Assembly (NCBI RefSeq): GCF_000196355.1
Contig: NC_007614.1
Span: 2,310,001 to 2,342,000 of the forward strand
Direction of reading: 5' to 3'
DNA: 32,000 nucleotides
Source of the DNA: Nitrosospira multiformis ATCC 25196
Lineage (GTDB): Bacteria; Pseudomonadota; Gammaproteobacteria; Burkholderiales; Nitrosomonadaceae
The translations under genes and the position numbers were made by a program. Under the pieces are notes generated by a model that was given only the letters and a program-made list of their open reading frames with translations, was not told the origin of the DNA and ran no database searches. Of this stretch, positions 9,212-17,270 are shown in pieces (the first letter of the stretch is position 1; every line of letters begins with the position of its first letter).

Positions 9212-9474
9212 TTTCGCCTCCATGTCAAAATTAACATGAAGACTCACTTAGAGGGTGGTCACAAAATTCTTAGCAGATCAACCCACCCCCTTCACCCCTC
9301 TTGCCTTACTCACTCGGCTGGGGCTTCGGGCGTGGATAACTCTCCAACCTAATCATCTCTTCCAACGGGCGAGAGTTCCATTGCGGCAAGCTCTCCCGCA
9401 GCAAATTCCAACCCTAAAATGGTCGTATGGAATCATACTTAGGGGTCGTCTCAGAAAACGGATCGCAAAGTACA

Positions 9475-10006
9475 TTAAGGCTGTTCGGAAGCCGGAATCC
9501 AGCGATAAAGCGTTGGAATGGATACGCCGAGGTTCCTGGCCACATCCCGTGGCGGTACGCCATTAGTTAACAGTTTTTTTGCAGAAGCGATCTTGCTGTC
9601 GGTCATCTGGCGTTTTCGGCCGCCCTTGCGCCCTAGCTGGCGAGCGACTTCCAGGCCGGTATGCGTGCGCTCTATCGTCAGTTCCCGCTCCATCTCGGCG
9701 AGGCTGGCCATGACATGGAAGAAGAAACGGCCTTATGGGGTACCGGTATCGATAGCGTCGGTGAGGCTCTTGAACTGGACGCCTTGCTTATGGAGCTCGC
9801 CAATGTATCCGGTTTATGGCGGGGTAGAGACAGGATATGTCCAGGGCGAAAGCCTAAAATCCTGACCGTTTCCTTTTGACCGAGAGTGCGCCCGCCGCCT
9901 GCGCAAATGAATATTCTCACTTCACCATCCAATACGCCTGGTGTCAATGCTGAGTCGGATTGCGCCCTTCTACCCGGACTGATGAATAAGTGTCGCTATG
10001 GGGCAT
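9475..10006 (-). pseudogene. Small serine recombinase (resolvase/invertase), decayed
   Basis: The C-terminal part is recognisable: GRFFFHVMASLAEMERELTIERTHTGLEVARQLGRKGGR...VARNLGVSIPTLYRW. There is an in-frame TAA at 9733-9735 (LTDAIDTGTP*GRFFF) and at least one frameshift upstream (RIF...RPGHIL is in another frame). The N-terminus reads YSSVRVEGRNP where Y.RVST..QN is expected, so the catalytic Ser is lost. Confidence 0.75.
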
Positions 10007-10058
10007 TACCCGGGTTCCCCTGCCCGAGATCCTTCCTCCAAAAGTGGAGTTGCCCCTA

Positions 10059-10907
10059 TTAAACCGGACAGGATGCGGTTAGTAACTGGCTGCGGATGAA
10101 TTGTCTTGGCGACTTCATCTTCAGCCCCTTGTGAGGATGGAATTCATTGTAATCCTCGAACCATTGGGCAAGCTGCGCCATTACGGTTTTTGCGTCGGGA
10201 CGATCATGGACATAGACGTAATCCCGCTTGAAGGTTTTGACGAAGGCCTCGGCCATACCGTTGGATTCGGGACTTCTGACGGGAGTAAAACAGCTGATGA
10301 AGCCCATATCCTTTGCAAAAGCAGTTGTCTCGCTGGCGGTGTAACAGCTGCCATTGTCGCTGAGCCACTCCACCCTGTGTGGGAGCAGGTCAACGGTGCC
10401 GAAGCGCCGCTCAACGGATTCAGTCATCAGATCGCGCACCATTTCCCCAGTAATGCCGCCAGTGGTGGCAACATGGCTGATGACTTCACGATCACAGCAA
10501 TCCAGGGCGAAGGCAACACGCACTACTTGCCCATTCCAGCAGGGAATCTCAAAACCATCCGAACACCAGCGCAAATTGGAACGCAAGGTAATGACCTTGC
10601 CTTCATGAGACAGCACGCGCTGTTTGCCCGTATATCGGGCCAGCAGCAGGCCATTCTGGCGCATGATGCGATAGACCCGCTTGTGATTGACAGCAGGCTT
10701 GCCCATTCTCTCCAGTTTGCGGTTAAGGAGAGCGCAAATCCTTCTGTATCCGTAGGTCGCGCGGCAATCCACAATTTCGCGGATCAAGGGCAACAGCCAG
10801 GCATCATCAGCCTTGTTGTAGCGGCAACGAAAAGACTTTTCCTGCGGCTTCATCCGTTCCACAAGACGGGAGCGCGCCACACCCATGGTGTCTGCAATGG
10901 CCTTCAT
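10059..10907 (-). CDS. IS2-group transposase OrfB (InsD-like DDE domain)
   Basis: Contains YGYRRICALLNR...NLRWCSDGFEI...ALDCCDREVI...WLSDNGSCY...SPESNGMAEAFVKTFKRDY. Confidence 0.9.
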   Translation of the reverse strand: MKAIADTMGVARSRLVERMKPQEKSFRCRYNKADDAWLLPLIREIVDCRATYGYRRICALLNRKLERMGKPAVNHKRVYRIMRQNGLLLARYTGKQRVLSHEGKVITLRSNLRWCSDGFEIPCWNGQVVRVAFALDCCDREVISHVATTGGITGEMVRDLMTESVERRFGTVDLLPHRVEWLSDNGSCYTASETTAFAKDMGFISCFTPVRSPESNGMAEAFVKTFKRDYVYVHDRPDAKTVMAQLAQWFEDYNEFHPHKGLKMKSPRQFIRSQLLTASCPV

Positions 10908-11329
10908 GGCAAATCGTCCGGTGGCAGCAAGGGCATGCGCGAGATCAGTTTTTTTTCATGCGCAAGCTTCACCGCTTCCGTGAGAATCTCGTTCTCCAGG
11001 GTTTTCTTGCCCAGAACCCGCTCCAACTCCCGGATCCGCTTCTTCAACTCTTTCACCTCGGCCGCAGACACTACCGCATCACCACTACGCACTGCTTCTT
11101 GTCCGCCCTCAGCCATAAGCTTCCTCCAGCGAAATAACAAGCTCGGAGCAATACCATATTTTCGCGCCACATACGAGACACTCATGCCCGGCAAGCGGGA
11201 TTCCTCAACAGCTTTTAATTTCTCACCCAGGGTCCAGCGCCTGCGGCGCTCAACCCCGGTTACTACTTCAATACGATCCAAACCTGAAGCACTATGCATA
11301 GCACCAGGCATATGCCTATCTCCTGTCAT
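10904..11329 (-). CDS. IS2-group transposase OrfA (InsC-like)
   Basis: Reads ERRRRWTLGEKLKAVEESRLPGMSVSYVARKYGIAPSLLFRWRK...LGKKTLENEILTEAV. An A8 slip site is at 10949-10956 and orfB is in the -1 frame. Confidence 0.9.
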   Translation of the reverse strand: MTGDRHMPGAMHSASGLDRIEVVTGVERRRRWTLGEKLKAVEESRLPGMSVSYVARKYGIAPSLLFRWRKLMAEGGQEAVRSGDAVVSAAEVKELKKRIRELERVLGKKTLENEILTEAVKLAHEKKLISRMPLLPPDDLP

Positions 11330-11599
11330 CAGTGCATCTGTGTCCGGTTCAATTGGGGGCTACTACAAAAAGTAAATTGCGACATCGTCCCATAGTAACA
11401 ATCTTTGAATACTCCTGTTTCGGCTAGAAAATTACTCAGCCTCAAATTGCCCATCCACAACAGGAAGACTTCCATCCCGCCCCATCCTTTTCCCCATTAT
11501 TTTGTAAAAAGCAGTCCTTCAGATCTTCGAGATGTCGAAGATCCTTACATAGAATGGAAGCAGCCCGTTTTTTCCCTCCTTAATCAATCTTTTAAATTT

Positions 11600-11615
11600 T
11601 GGCACGTTTCATGCT
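11600..11615 (+). promoter_or_regulatory. Sigma-54 (-24/-12) promoter of the PEP-CTERM gene at 11684
   Basis: TGGCACGTTTCATGCT against the consensus TGGCACG-N4-TTGCW. GG and GC have the canonical 12-nt register. It lies about 70 nt upstream of the ATG. Confidence 0.7.
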
Positions 11616-11683
11616 TGTATTGATACAACCACACTTCCTGTGTGGTTGACCATTCAAGAAAAATATCAATACAAGAGGGAAAC

Positions 11684-12382
11684 ATGAATAAACTTATCGC
11701 AGGAGCGCTCACGGGTGCTGCACTGATGACAACACCGTTGGGAGCTTCTGCACTCGTCATCGACATCAATACGTATCTCACCGGCAATCCCGCCGGCAAC
11801 AATGTCACGGTTGCCACACTGACACTCACCCAGAACGGGAACAGCGTGGATTTCAAATTCGAGAATTTCGTGAGCAATCTCGGTGCAATCGGAGATGACG
11901 CGTTTATTTCCGGCCTGTTGTTCTCCTACGATGGCTCGCCTCAGCTTACGAGCAGCTCGTTTGGAAATTTCGGGGGCACGCAACTGGTAGCTGCCGCTGA
12001 TTTCGGAATAAATCCCCCGGGAAAAGATGCAGGTTACGATTTTTACCTGGACCTGGACTATCCTACGAGCAACAAGAATCCAGCGCTCCGGTTTACCGAT
12101 GGCGAATACAGTACATGGACGGTCAGCGCGGCAAACGGATCTGCTGTTCTGGTAAGTGATTTCACTACTCTGGTCACTGCTAATGGCAAACCTGCTTCGC
12201 TTGCAATGGTGCATATCCAGCAGGTAGGTGCCGGACCAGGGGGGTCGGGTTCTTTGAAATACGTTGGGAGCGAAGCCACTCCTCCGCAGGAGGATCCGGG
12301 AACAGTTCCGGAACCAGCGACACTTGCATTGCTGGGCTTGGGGCTGGCAGGCATGGGTCTGACACGCAGACGTAAAAAATAA
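11684..12382 (+). CDS. PEP-CTERM-anchored secreted protein (paralog of 22762-23469)
   Basis: Signal peptide is MNKLIAGALTGAALMTTPLGASA. The C-terminus is VPEPATLALLGLGLAGMGLTRRRKK. The RBS GAGGGA lies before the ATG at 11684; the ORF-track start at 11642 is probably too early. Confidence 0.9.
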   Translation: MNKLIAGALTGAALMTTPLGASALVIDINTYLTGNPAGNNVTVATLTLTQNGNSVDFKFENFVSNLGAIGDDAFISGLLFSYDGSPQLTSSSFGNFGGTQLVAAADFGINPPGKDAGYDFYLDLDYPTSNKNPALRFTDGEYSTWTVSAANGSAVLVSDFTTLVTANGKPASLAMVHIQQVGAGPGGSGSLKYVGSEATPPQEDPGTVPEPATLALLGLGLAGMGLTRRRKK

Positions 12383-12403
12383 CCCTCCATTTCCTTTCCC
12401 AAT

Positions 12404-12428
12404 AAAAACCCGCTTCAAGCGGGTTTTT
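12404..12428. terminator. Bidirectional rho-independent terminator between convergent PEP-CTERM genes
   Basis: AAAAACCCGC-ttcaa-GCGGGTTTTT forms a 10-bp stem flanked by an A-run and a T-run. Confidence 0.8.
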
Positions 12429-12539
12429 ATTTCCTTACTGAGGACGTTATCCACGACTGAACAACACTATTGTTAGTAATGATGCTTTAGTTATGCAGTT
12501 GGTACGTCTGCTTATGCCGGCGAGTCATAAAAATACCTA

Positions 12540-13381
12540 GGCTCAGGACTCATTAATTGAGATAGAAGATGACAGTTGCGGCGATACAGATGGCAGAGAA
12601 GAAGGTATGGGCACAGCGGTCGTAACGCATGGCGATCCTGCGCCAGTCCTTGAGCCGAGCGAACATGTTCTCGATCCTGTGCCTTTGCCTGTAGAGGGTC
12701 TTGTCGTATTTGATCTGGATTTTGCGATTCCTTTTTGTCGGTATGCAGGGCGTCATGCCTTTGGCACGCAACGCTGCCCGGAACCAGGCAGCGTCATAGC
12801 CGCGGTCTGCAATCAGGGTTTTGGCTTTGGGCAATGACGGCAGCAGCACACGTGCTCCCTTGTAATCGCTCATCTGCCCTTCGGACAGGAGCATGGCCAC
12901 AGGCTTGCCCTGACCGTCGCAGACCACATGAAGCTTCGAGTTCAGGCCGCCCTTTGTGCGACCGATACGGCGGGGAACATCCCCTTTTTTAGCAGGCTGG
13001 CTGCCGTGCGGTGGGCCTTCAGATGCGTGGCGTCGATCATCAGCCTCTCGGGCGTTTCCTCTTTACCGGTCAGTTCCACAAAGATGCGGTTGAACACGCC
13101 CAGTCGGCTCCAGCGCACGAAACGGTTATACAGTGTCTTGTGCGGCCCGTATTCCCTGGGGGCATCCTTCCATTGCAGGCCATTCCGAATGACGTAGATG
13201 ATCCCGCTGATCACCCGCAGATCATCAACACGGGGAACTCCGTGGGACAAGGGAAAATAAGGTTTTATACGGTTGAACTGTGTTTCCGACAGGTAAAACA
13301 AATCTCTCATGGCAGCACCTCCGCCATAAGTGAATCACATTTGATCCTATTCGTGAATCATGAAATTAATAGGTCCTGAAC
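12540..13381 (-). mobile_element. IS5-family IS (IS427-group-like) with CTA target duplication
   Basis: The ends are GGCTCAGGAC... and ...GGTCCTGAAC, which are imperfect IRs. CTA lies at 12537-12539 and 13382-13384. The boundary is ambiguous by 1 nt. Confidence 0.8.
12553..13310 (-). CDS. IS5-family transposase, two frames joined by a -1 frameshift
   Basis: OrfA reads MRDLFYLSETQFNRIKPYFP...PRVDDLRVISGIIYVIRNGLQWKDAPREYGPHKTLYNRFVRW...HLKAHRTAASLLKK. After a -1 slip on A AAA AAG (12985-12990) it continues GDVPRRIGRTKGGLNSKLHVVCDGQGKP...ADRGYD...IENMFARLKDWRRIAMRYDR. Confidence 0.85.
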
Positions 13382-14139
13382 CTAACATGCCAACCATGAC
13401 AAGCGCAAGAACTGTGGGCTCCGGAATTCTGTTATTCGGCAGCTCGGCAGGTGGCAGTTCAAAATAAGCCTGATGCGTGAGTCCCTGATTACCCACGTTC
13501 AGGTATCCCGATGCAACAAGATCAGAAGAGGAATTGCTCTTTAACCAATTCATGGTCCAGTTCGCACCCTGCATGCTGAGTTCGTAGGTTTTTCCGCTGA
13601 GCACAAAATCTTTCACGAAGAAAAACCCGTTGAACACGCCATTCTTGAATTGTATGGATGGCCCGCCCAACACACCGTCATCTCCAAAATGGAAACCTAA
13701 TGGTTGACTTCCAAAGTCAATGTCGAAGATGGTGCTGTTTGAGGCGCCGGTAACTGCTGAGAGCGCAATGTTCACAGTACCGGTACCGCTCCCAGGGATG
13801 AGGCTTTGATCGAATAATACATTTCCGCTAACGCTGCCGGCAGCGCAACCGCTGCATGTATTGGTCCGCTGCAAGCCCAGGCTGTTAGCCAGCCCACCAG
13901 TGGTGAGAATCCCCCCGGAGAAATCGGCAGTCATATAAATAGGTGTTGCCTGAACAGCCGATATTGCAGAGAGCAATACTCCAGATGCAATTGCGTCGCG
14001 AAAAAATCTATTCACCTTACCCCCCATGGATAGTGAAAAAATAGAACCTGATGCCATCTTATCTACATCACACCAGATTCCTATTGGACTTAAGTACACC
14101 CTGTACTTTGGTACAGGAAAATGGGGAATGGAAAAACGG

Positions 14140-14595
14140 CCTTATCTTCACCGACAAGGGATGGGAATGGGTAGGATAAAAGCCAGGCAAACGGCGGGGC
14201 ATGCTGTACCGTGTGTACCATGGGAAAGGCTTGTCTCTGCGCTATCGACCGGAACGTCGCTCCAGAGCGCAGGTAACGCGGCCACAATGCAAGCCTGCCT
14301 CCGACCTGATCAGGCGTGGAGCCTGGATTTTGTGGTTGATCAACTCTCCAATGGAAATTGGTTCCGTTGCCTGATGATCATTGATGTCTTTACGCGGGAA
14401 TGCCTGGCAATTGAAATTGGTCAGCGGTTGTCAGGTACAGACGTGGTGACAGCGCTCAACAGGATACGCCAGAGCGGGCGCCTGCCTGGAACCCTGTTCT
14501 GTGATAACGGAAGTGAATTCACAAGCCAGATTCTTGACTTGTGGGCGTATCACAACAAAGTCAAAATCGAGTTTAGCAGGCCAGGAATACAATGA
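14140..14595 (+). pseudogene. IS3-family OrfB fragment with internal stop and frameshift, C-terminally truncated
   Basis: Reads LYRVYHGKGLSLRYRPERRSRA, then a frameshift, then [43 protein letters not shown]...LFCDNGSEFTS...EFSRPG. It breaks off before the last catalytic region. Confidence 0.8.
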
Positions 14596-14668
14596 GAGTC
14601 ATCCTCACAGGGCACTTGGAGAAACCGCACGGCTGAATTCCCCCACCAGCACTGGTTGAAACAGGATT

Positions 14669-14845
14669 TCAGATGAGAAAATACGGCCGACGACTAACCC
14701 TGGAGTTGGCTACAAAAGCTGGGCCGATCAGTGACCCCGCTGACACCGTGATCTGTAAATAGCTGCTCGCATCCCCGGTTAAAGCATCCAGCTGCAGGTC
14801 AAGATTCTGATTATCGGTGGAAACCCGCACATAGCCGATTTTCAT
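14669..14845 (-). pseudogene. N-terminal fragment of a second serine recombinase
   Basis: Reads MKIGYVRVSTDNQNLDLQLDAL. After a frameshift it continues GCEQLFTDHGVSGVTDRPSF. Nothing further is recognisable, and the fragment abuts the IS3 orfB fragment. Confidence 0.75.
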
Positions 14846-15115
14846 GAATTTCTTCTCCCTTTCGCACAACCCTTACGCAACATCACGAAGCAAAAAAACG
14901 ATGCCTTGCATTTTCCGTTTGAGTGTAGCAAAAGGCCTCCCCTTTACTGCATCAACTAAAAAGAGATTTCAAGTGATTTGGCAGGATCGCACGCCATGAT
15001 AGGAAAGCCTGAAGCGGCTGGAATGATCTGTAACAAGCAGCAACGAGAAATGGGGATGGTGAACCTTACTAATGAATTCTTGAGAGCAAATGTGGGACGA
15101 AATACCAAAATGCGA

Positions 15116-15138
15116 ACGGGAGCCAAGGCTCCCGTTTT
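15116..15138. terminator. Hairpin terminator downstream of the gene at 15158-15697
   Basis: ACGGGAGCC-AA-GGCTCCCGT is followed by TTTT on the plus strand and by TTCGCATTTT on the minus strand. Confidence 0.6.
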
Positions 15139-15157
15139 GTTGACTTGGGCTTATTGA

Positions 15158-15697
15158 TTAAGCAAGAGACCTGCGACGAACTATCGCACCTATAATACCT
15201 AGCCCCACTAGCAGCATGGCGTAGGTCTCAGGCTCAGGAATTGCTGAAACACTGATCGCGCCACTGTATAAGCCACCAAGTGAACCGTTTGCAATCCCGG
15301 AGATACTTATATACATATTTCCCCCCAAACTTGGTTCCCCTGTAAAGCCGATGGTGTTGCCACCTGGAACCAGAAATGACGCAACATTCGTATCATCGCT
15401 GTTGAAAAGAATCCCATCAGCGTTCGAGTAAAGTGATATGGAAGAGATAATGGTATTGAAGTTCTCTTCTCCCGGAATACTAAGCGGAAAATTGAGAATG
15501 CTATAGCCCGATCCACTATTGGGCGGCAGAATGAAGCTGAAAATGTCATTAAAAGGTCCAGGGGATAAAACACTGCCGGTGAAGGTTGTAGGTATTGCGG
15601 GGTTCACATTACCTAAATCGGTTACCGTAGCATTGGCGCTAGCTGTCCCGATCAACATCAAGACAAAAACGATTTTCTTAAAAAAGGAACTGACCAT
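15158..15697 (-). CDS. PEP-CTERM protein, FxDxF-type
   Basis: Signal peptide is MVSSFFKKIVFVLMLIGTASANA. It has the PFNDIFSF (FxDxF) motif. The C-terminus is IPEPETYAMLLVGLGIIGAIVRRRSLA. Confidence 0.9.
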   Translation of the reverse strand: MVSSFFKKIVFVLMLIGTASANATVTDLGNVNPAIPTTFTGSVLSPGPFNDIFSFILPPNSGSGYSILNFPLSIPGEENFNTIISSISLYSNADGILFNSDDTNVASFLVPGGNTIGFTGEPSLGGNMYISISGIANGSLGGLYSGAISVSAIPEPETYAMLLVGLGIIGAIVRRRSLA

Positions 15698-15772
15698 ATC
15701 TTTACCTTTAATTATTTTTAGAATAAGTCATAAATTTAGCTAAGCAGTAATTGCTTAGCCGAAGGAAGGGCA

Positions 15773-15788
15773 AGCAATTTTTGTGCCA
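15773..15788 (-). promoter_or_regulatory. Sigma-54 promoter of the FxDxF PEP-CTERM gene
   Basis: The minus strand reads TGGCACAAAAATTGCT, a perfect match to TGGCAC-N5-TTGCT. It lies about 75 nt upstream of the ATG at 15697. Confidence 0.8.
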
Positions 15789-15857
15789 TTTATTATTAAT
15801 ATTTTAAAACAATTATTTATGATGTGAATTTGTAAAAACAGAGGGGAAATGTAAAAG

Positions 15858-16258
15858 TTACTGACATTCCCACACTGCTTCCCATACCTCTGGCATATGA
15901 CCAGAGATTATTTCATTGGCTGTATCGTACTTCCTATTTCCACCACTACCCCCATTACGTGGCAAATTCACCAGGTTAAAACCAGCCGGATCGGTCCTAA
16001 TTACTCTCTGGGCATTAGGAAGCATGCGGCCAAGCTCCTTCTCCAATCTCTCCTTTTCGGTTTATTCAAGAAGGCCCACGTCCTTAAGTATTGCTCTATC
16101 CTTAGCAGCGCTCTGGCTAGAACCCTACTATCAGCTTGGTATTTATCGATATAGTTATCCCACCGCTTAATCCAGTCGGCCCGTTCGGCTTTCGCCTTTT
16201 CATGATTTTCGAGGGTATACATTTCAAACCACCAGGAAATTCCGATCCAAATTCTCAA
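15858..16258 (-). pseudogene. Orphan ORF split by a frameshift (85-aa and 62-aa pieces); function unknown
   Basis: Two overlapping minus-strand ORFs (16001-16258 and 15858-16046) lie in adjacent frames. I recognise no motif in them. They sit in the AT-rich block. Confidence 0.3.
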
Positions 16259-16873
16259 GTGTCTTACTTAGACCACTTTTCTACAATTGGACATAGGTAC
16301 ACTTACACTGAATATTCACCCTCCAGTCTCTCTGACCTTGCCGGGTGAGCCAACATCTCCGTAGCCCACGACCCACGCATGGGGGGAAAATACAAGGGAC
16401 GAAACACCCCTGTCCGGCAGGAGGTAGTCCGTCTTGCAGAAGAGTGGATGACGAAGACCGCTCTTGCTGGTCAACTAAACATGGGAGCCATTGCATACGC
16501 CAAAAAAGGGTTAACGAATGGTTGCACGCACGTTGGGAAACTTTGGTGGTAACGCCTCATGAAGCGCCTCTTTCTCAAGATAGACCCATTCCCCTTTGCC
16601 AGATGGACAACCTACTTGGGAACGCTCTTATTTTGATAAGCAATTCTTTTTTTATTGGTTCTGATAAGCAGATGATGGTGCTAAATTTCCTTCCTTGATT
16701 ATTATTTTTGAAGGAAATGAAAATGACGTTCGATAATTTCCCGTCTTGCTACTCACAGGTCAGGGCAGGATATACCCGTAACCCTGATCAGAAACGGTGG
16801 CCGCCTTTATAAAAGGTTGTAACAAATTCTCAGTACCCTATGCAGAGCAAGTCTTATTAGACAGGAGTGATCC

Positions 16874-17134
16874 ATGTTTGAATACGCCGTGTATATACGA
16901 ACCAGAGAGGGCTACATCACGCGCATGGATAACGTTATTTCCAACCTGGCTTACGATCCTTGGGAAACCTACGGTTCTTTGGCCCCTTACGTGCACGAAG
17001 AAGAACTCGTTGGCTTTCCTGAATCCGTAGTGCTTTGGGAAAACAGTACAGGACCAAGCGTGGGCATAGCCCCCATTAATCCTCATTCTCCCCCTGCTGG
17101 TAGTATCCTTCCCCCCGCCTTATCGGTGTGTTAG
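16874..17134 (+). CDS. Hypothetical 86-aa protein
   Basis: The ATG is preceded by AGGAG. I recognise no family. Confidence 0.3.
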   Translation: MFEYAVYIRTREGYITRMDNVISNLAYDPWETYGSLAPYVHEEELVGFPESVVLWENSTGPSVGIAPINPHSPPAGSILPPALSVC

Positions 17135-17270
17135 AGCCAAAATTGCCTGCGCAACTGGCTTGACTTAAAGCCAGGTAACACCAATTCCTGTGTCTGTTCT
17201 GATGGAGGAAGCGGTGAACAAGCACCAATTTATGCTCGATCCATTTTGTGTTACTTGGAGGAAATTAAAA

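Larger units (their letters stand above)
8082..9280 (-). mobile_element. Complete IS3-family IS (IS407-group-like), 1199 bp, with 4-bp ACCC target duplication
   Basis: The ends are TGACCTGCTA... and ...TAGCAGATCA, which are imperfect IRs of the TGA...TCA type. ACCC lies at 8078-8081 and 9281-9284. orfA and orfB overlap at an A7 run. Confidence 0.9.
8053..9346. repeat. Copy A of a ~93-bp palindromic repeat element, split by the IS3-family insertion (halves 8053-8081 and 9285-9346)
   Basis: After removing the IS and one ACCC copy, the sequence differs from copy B (19676-19768) at about four positions. Confidence 0.75.
10045..11367 (-). mobile_element. Complete IS3-family IS of the IS2 group, 1323 bp, with 5-bp AAAAG target duplication
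   Basis: The ends TGGAGTTGCCCCTATTAAACCGGACA and (reverse complement) TGTAGTAGCCCCCAATTGAACCGGACA resemble the IS2 IRR and IRL as I recall them. AAAAG lies at 10040-10044 and 11368-11372. Confidence 0.9.
12487..14027 (-). pseudogene. PEP-CTERM protein gene with an IS5-family insertion inside the C-terminal sorting signal
   Basis: The current ORF (13347-14099) ends IPEPTVLALVMVGMLG followed by IS-derived SGPINFMIHE*. Removing 12540-13384 restores ...IPEPTVLALVMVGMLGIFMTRRHKQTYQLHN* with the stop at 12487-12489. The start is uncertain (M at 14027, 14057 or 14099). Confidence 0.8.

Noticed and set aside
8053-9346. I considered whether the 93-bp palindromic repeat is an integron attC site, given the nearby small TA cassettes.
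   Set aside because: The outer arms read GTTA...TAAC, not the RYYYAAC...GTTRRRY order of attC. No intI gene or attI is present, and the neighbouring genes have their own promoters.
10101-11375. A 424-aa plus-strand ORF covers almost the whole IS2-group element.
   Set aside because: It is antisense to two well-supported transposase genes, has a low-complexity Ser/Arg/Ala-rich composition and has no recognisable motif. It is most likely a shadow ORF of the coding strand.
16345-16698. A 117-aa plus-strand ORF lies in the AT-rich block.
   Set aside because: Its composition is not protein-like (Arg/Cys/His-rich), it has no SD, and it overlaps a more plausible 57-aa HTH-like frame.
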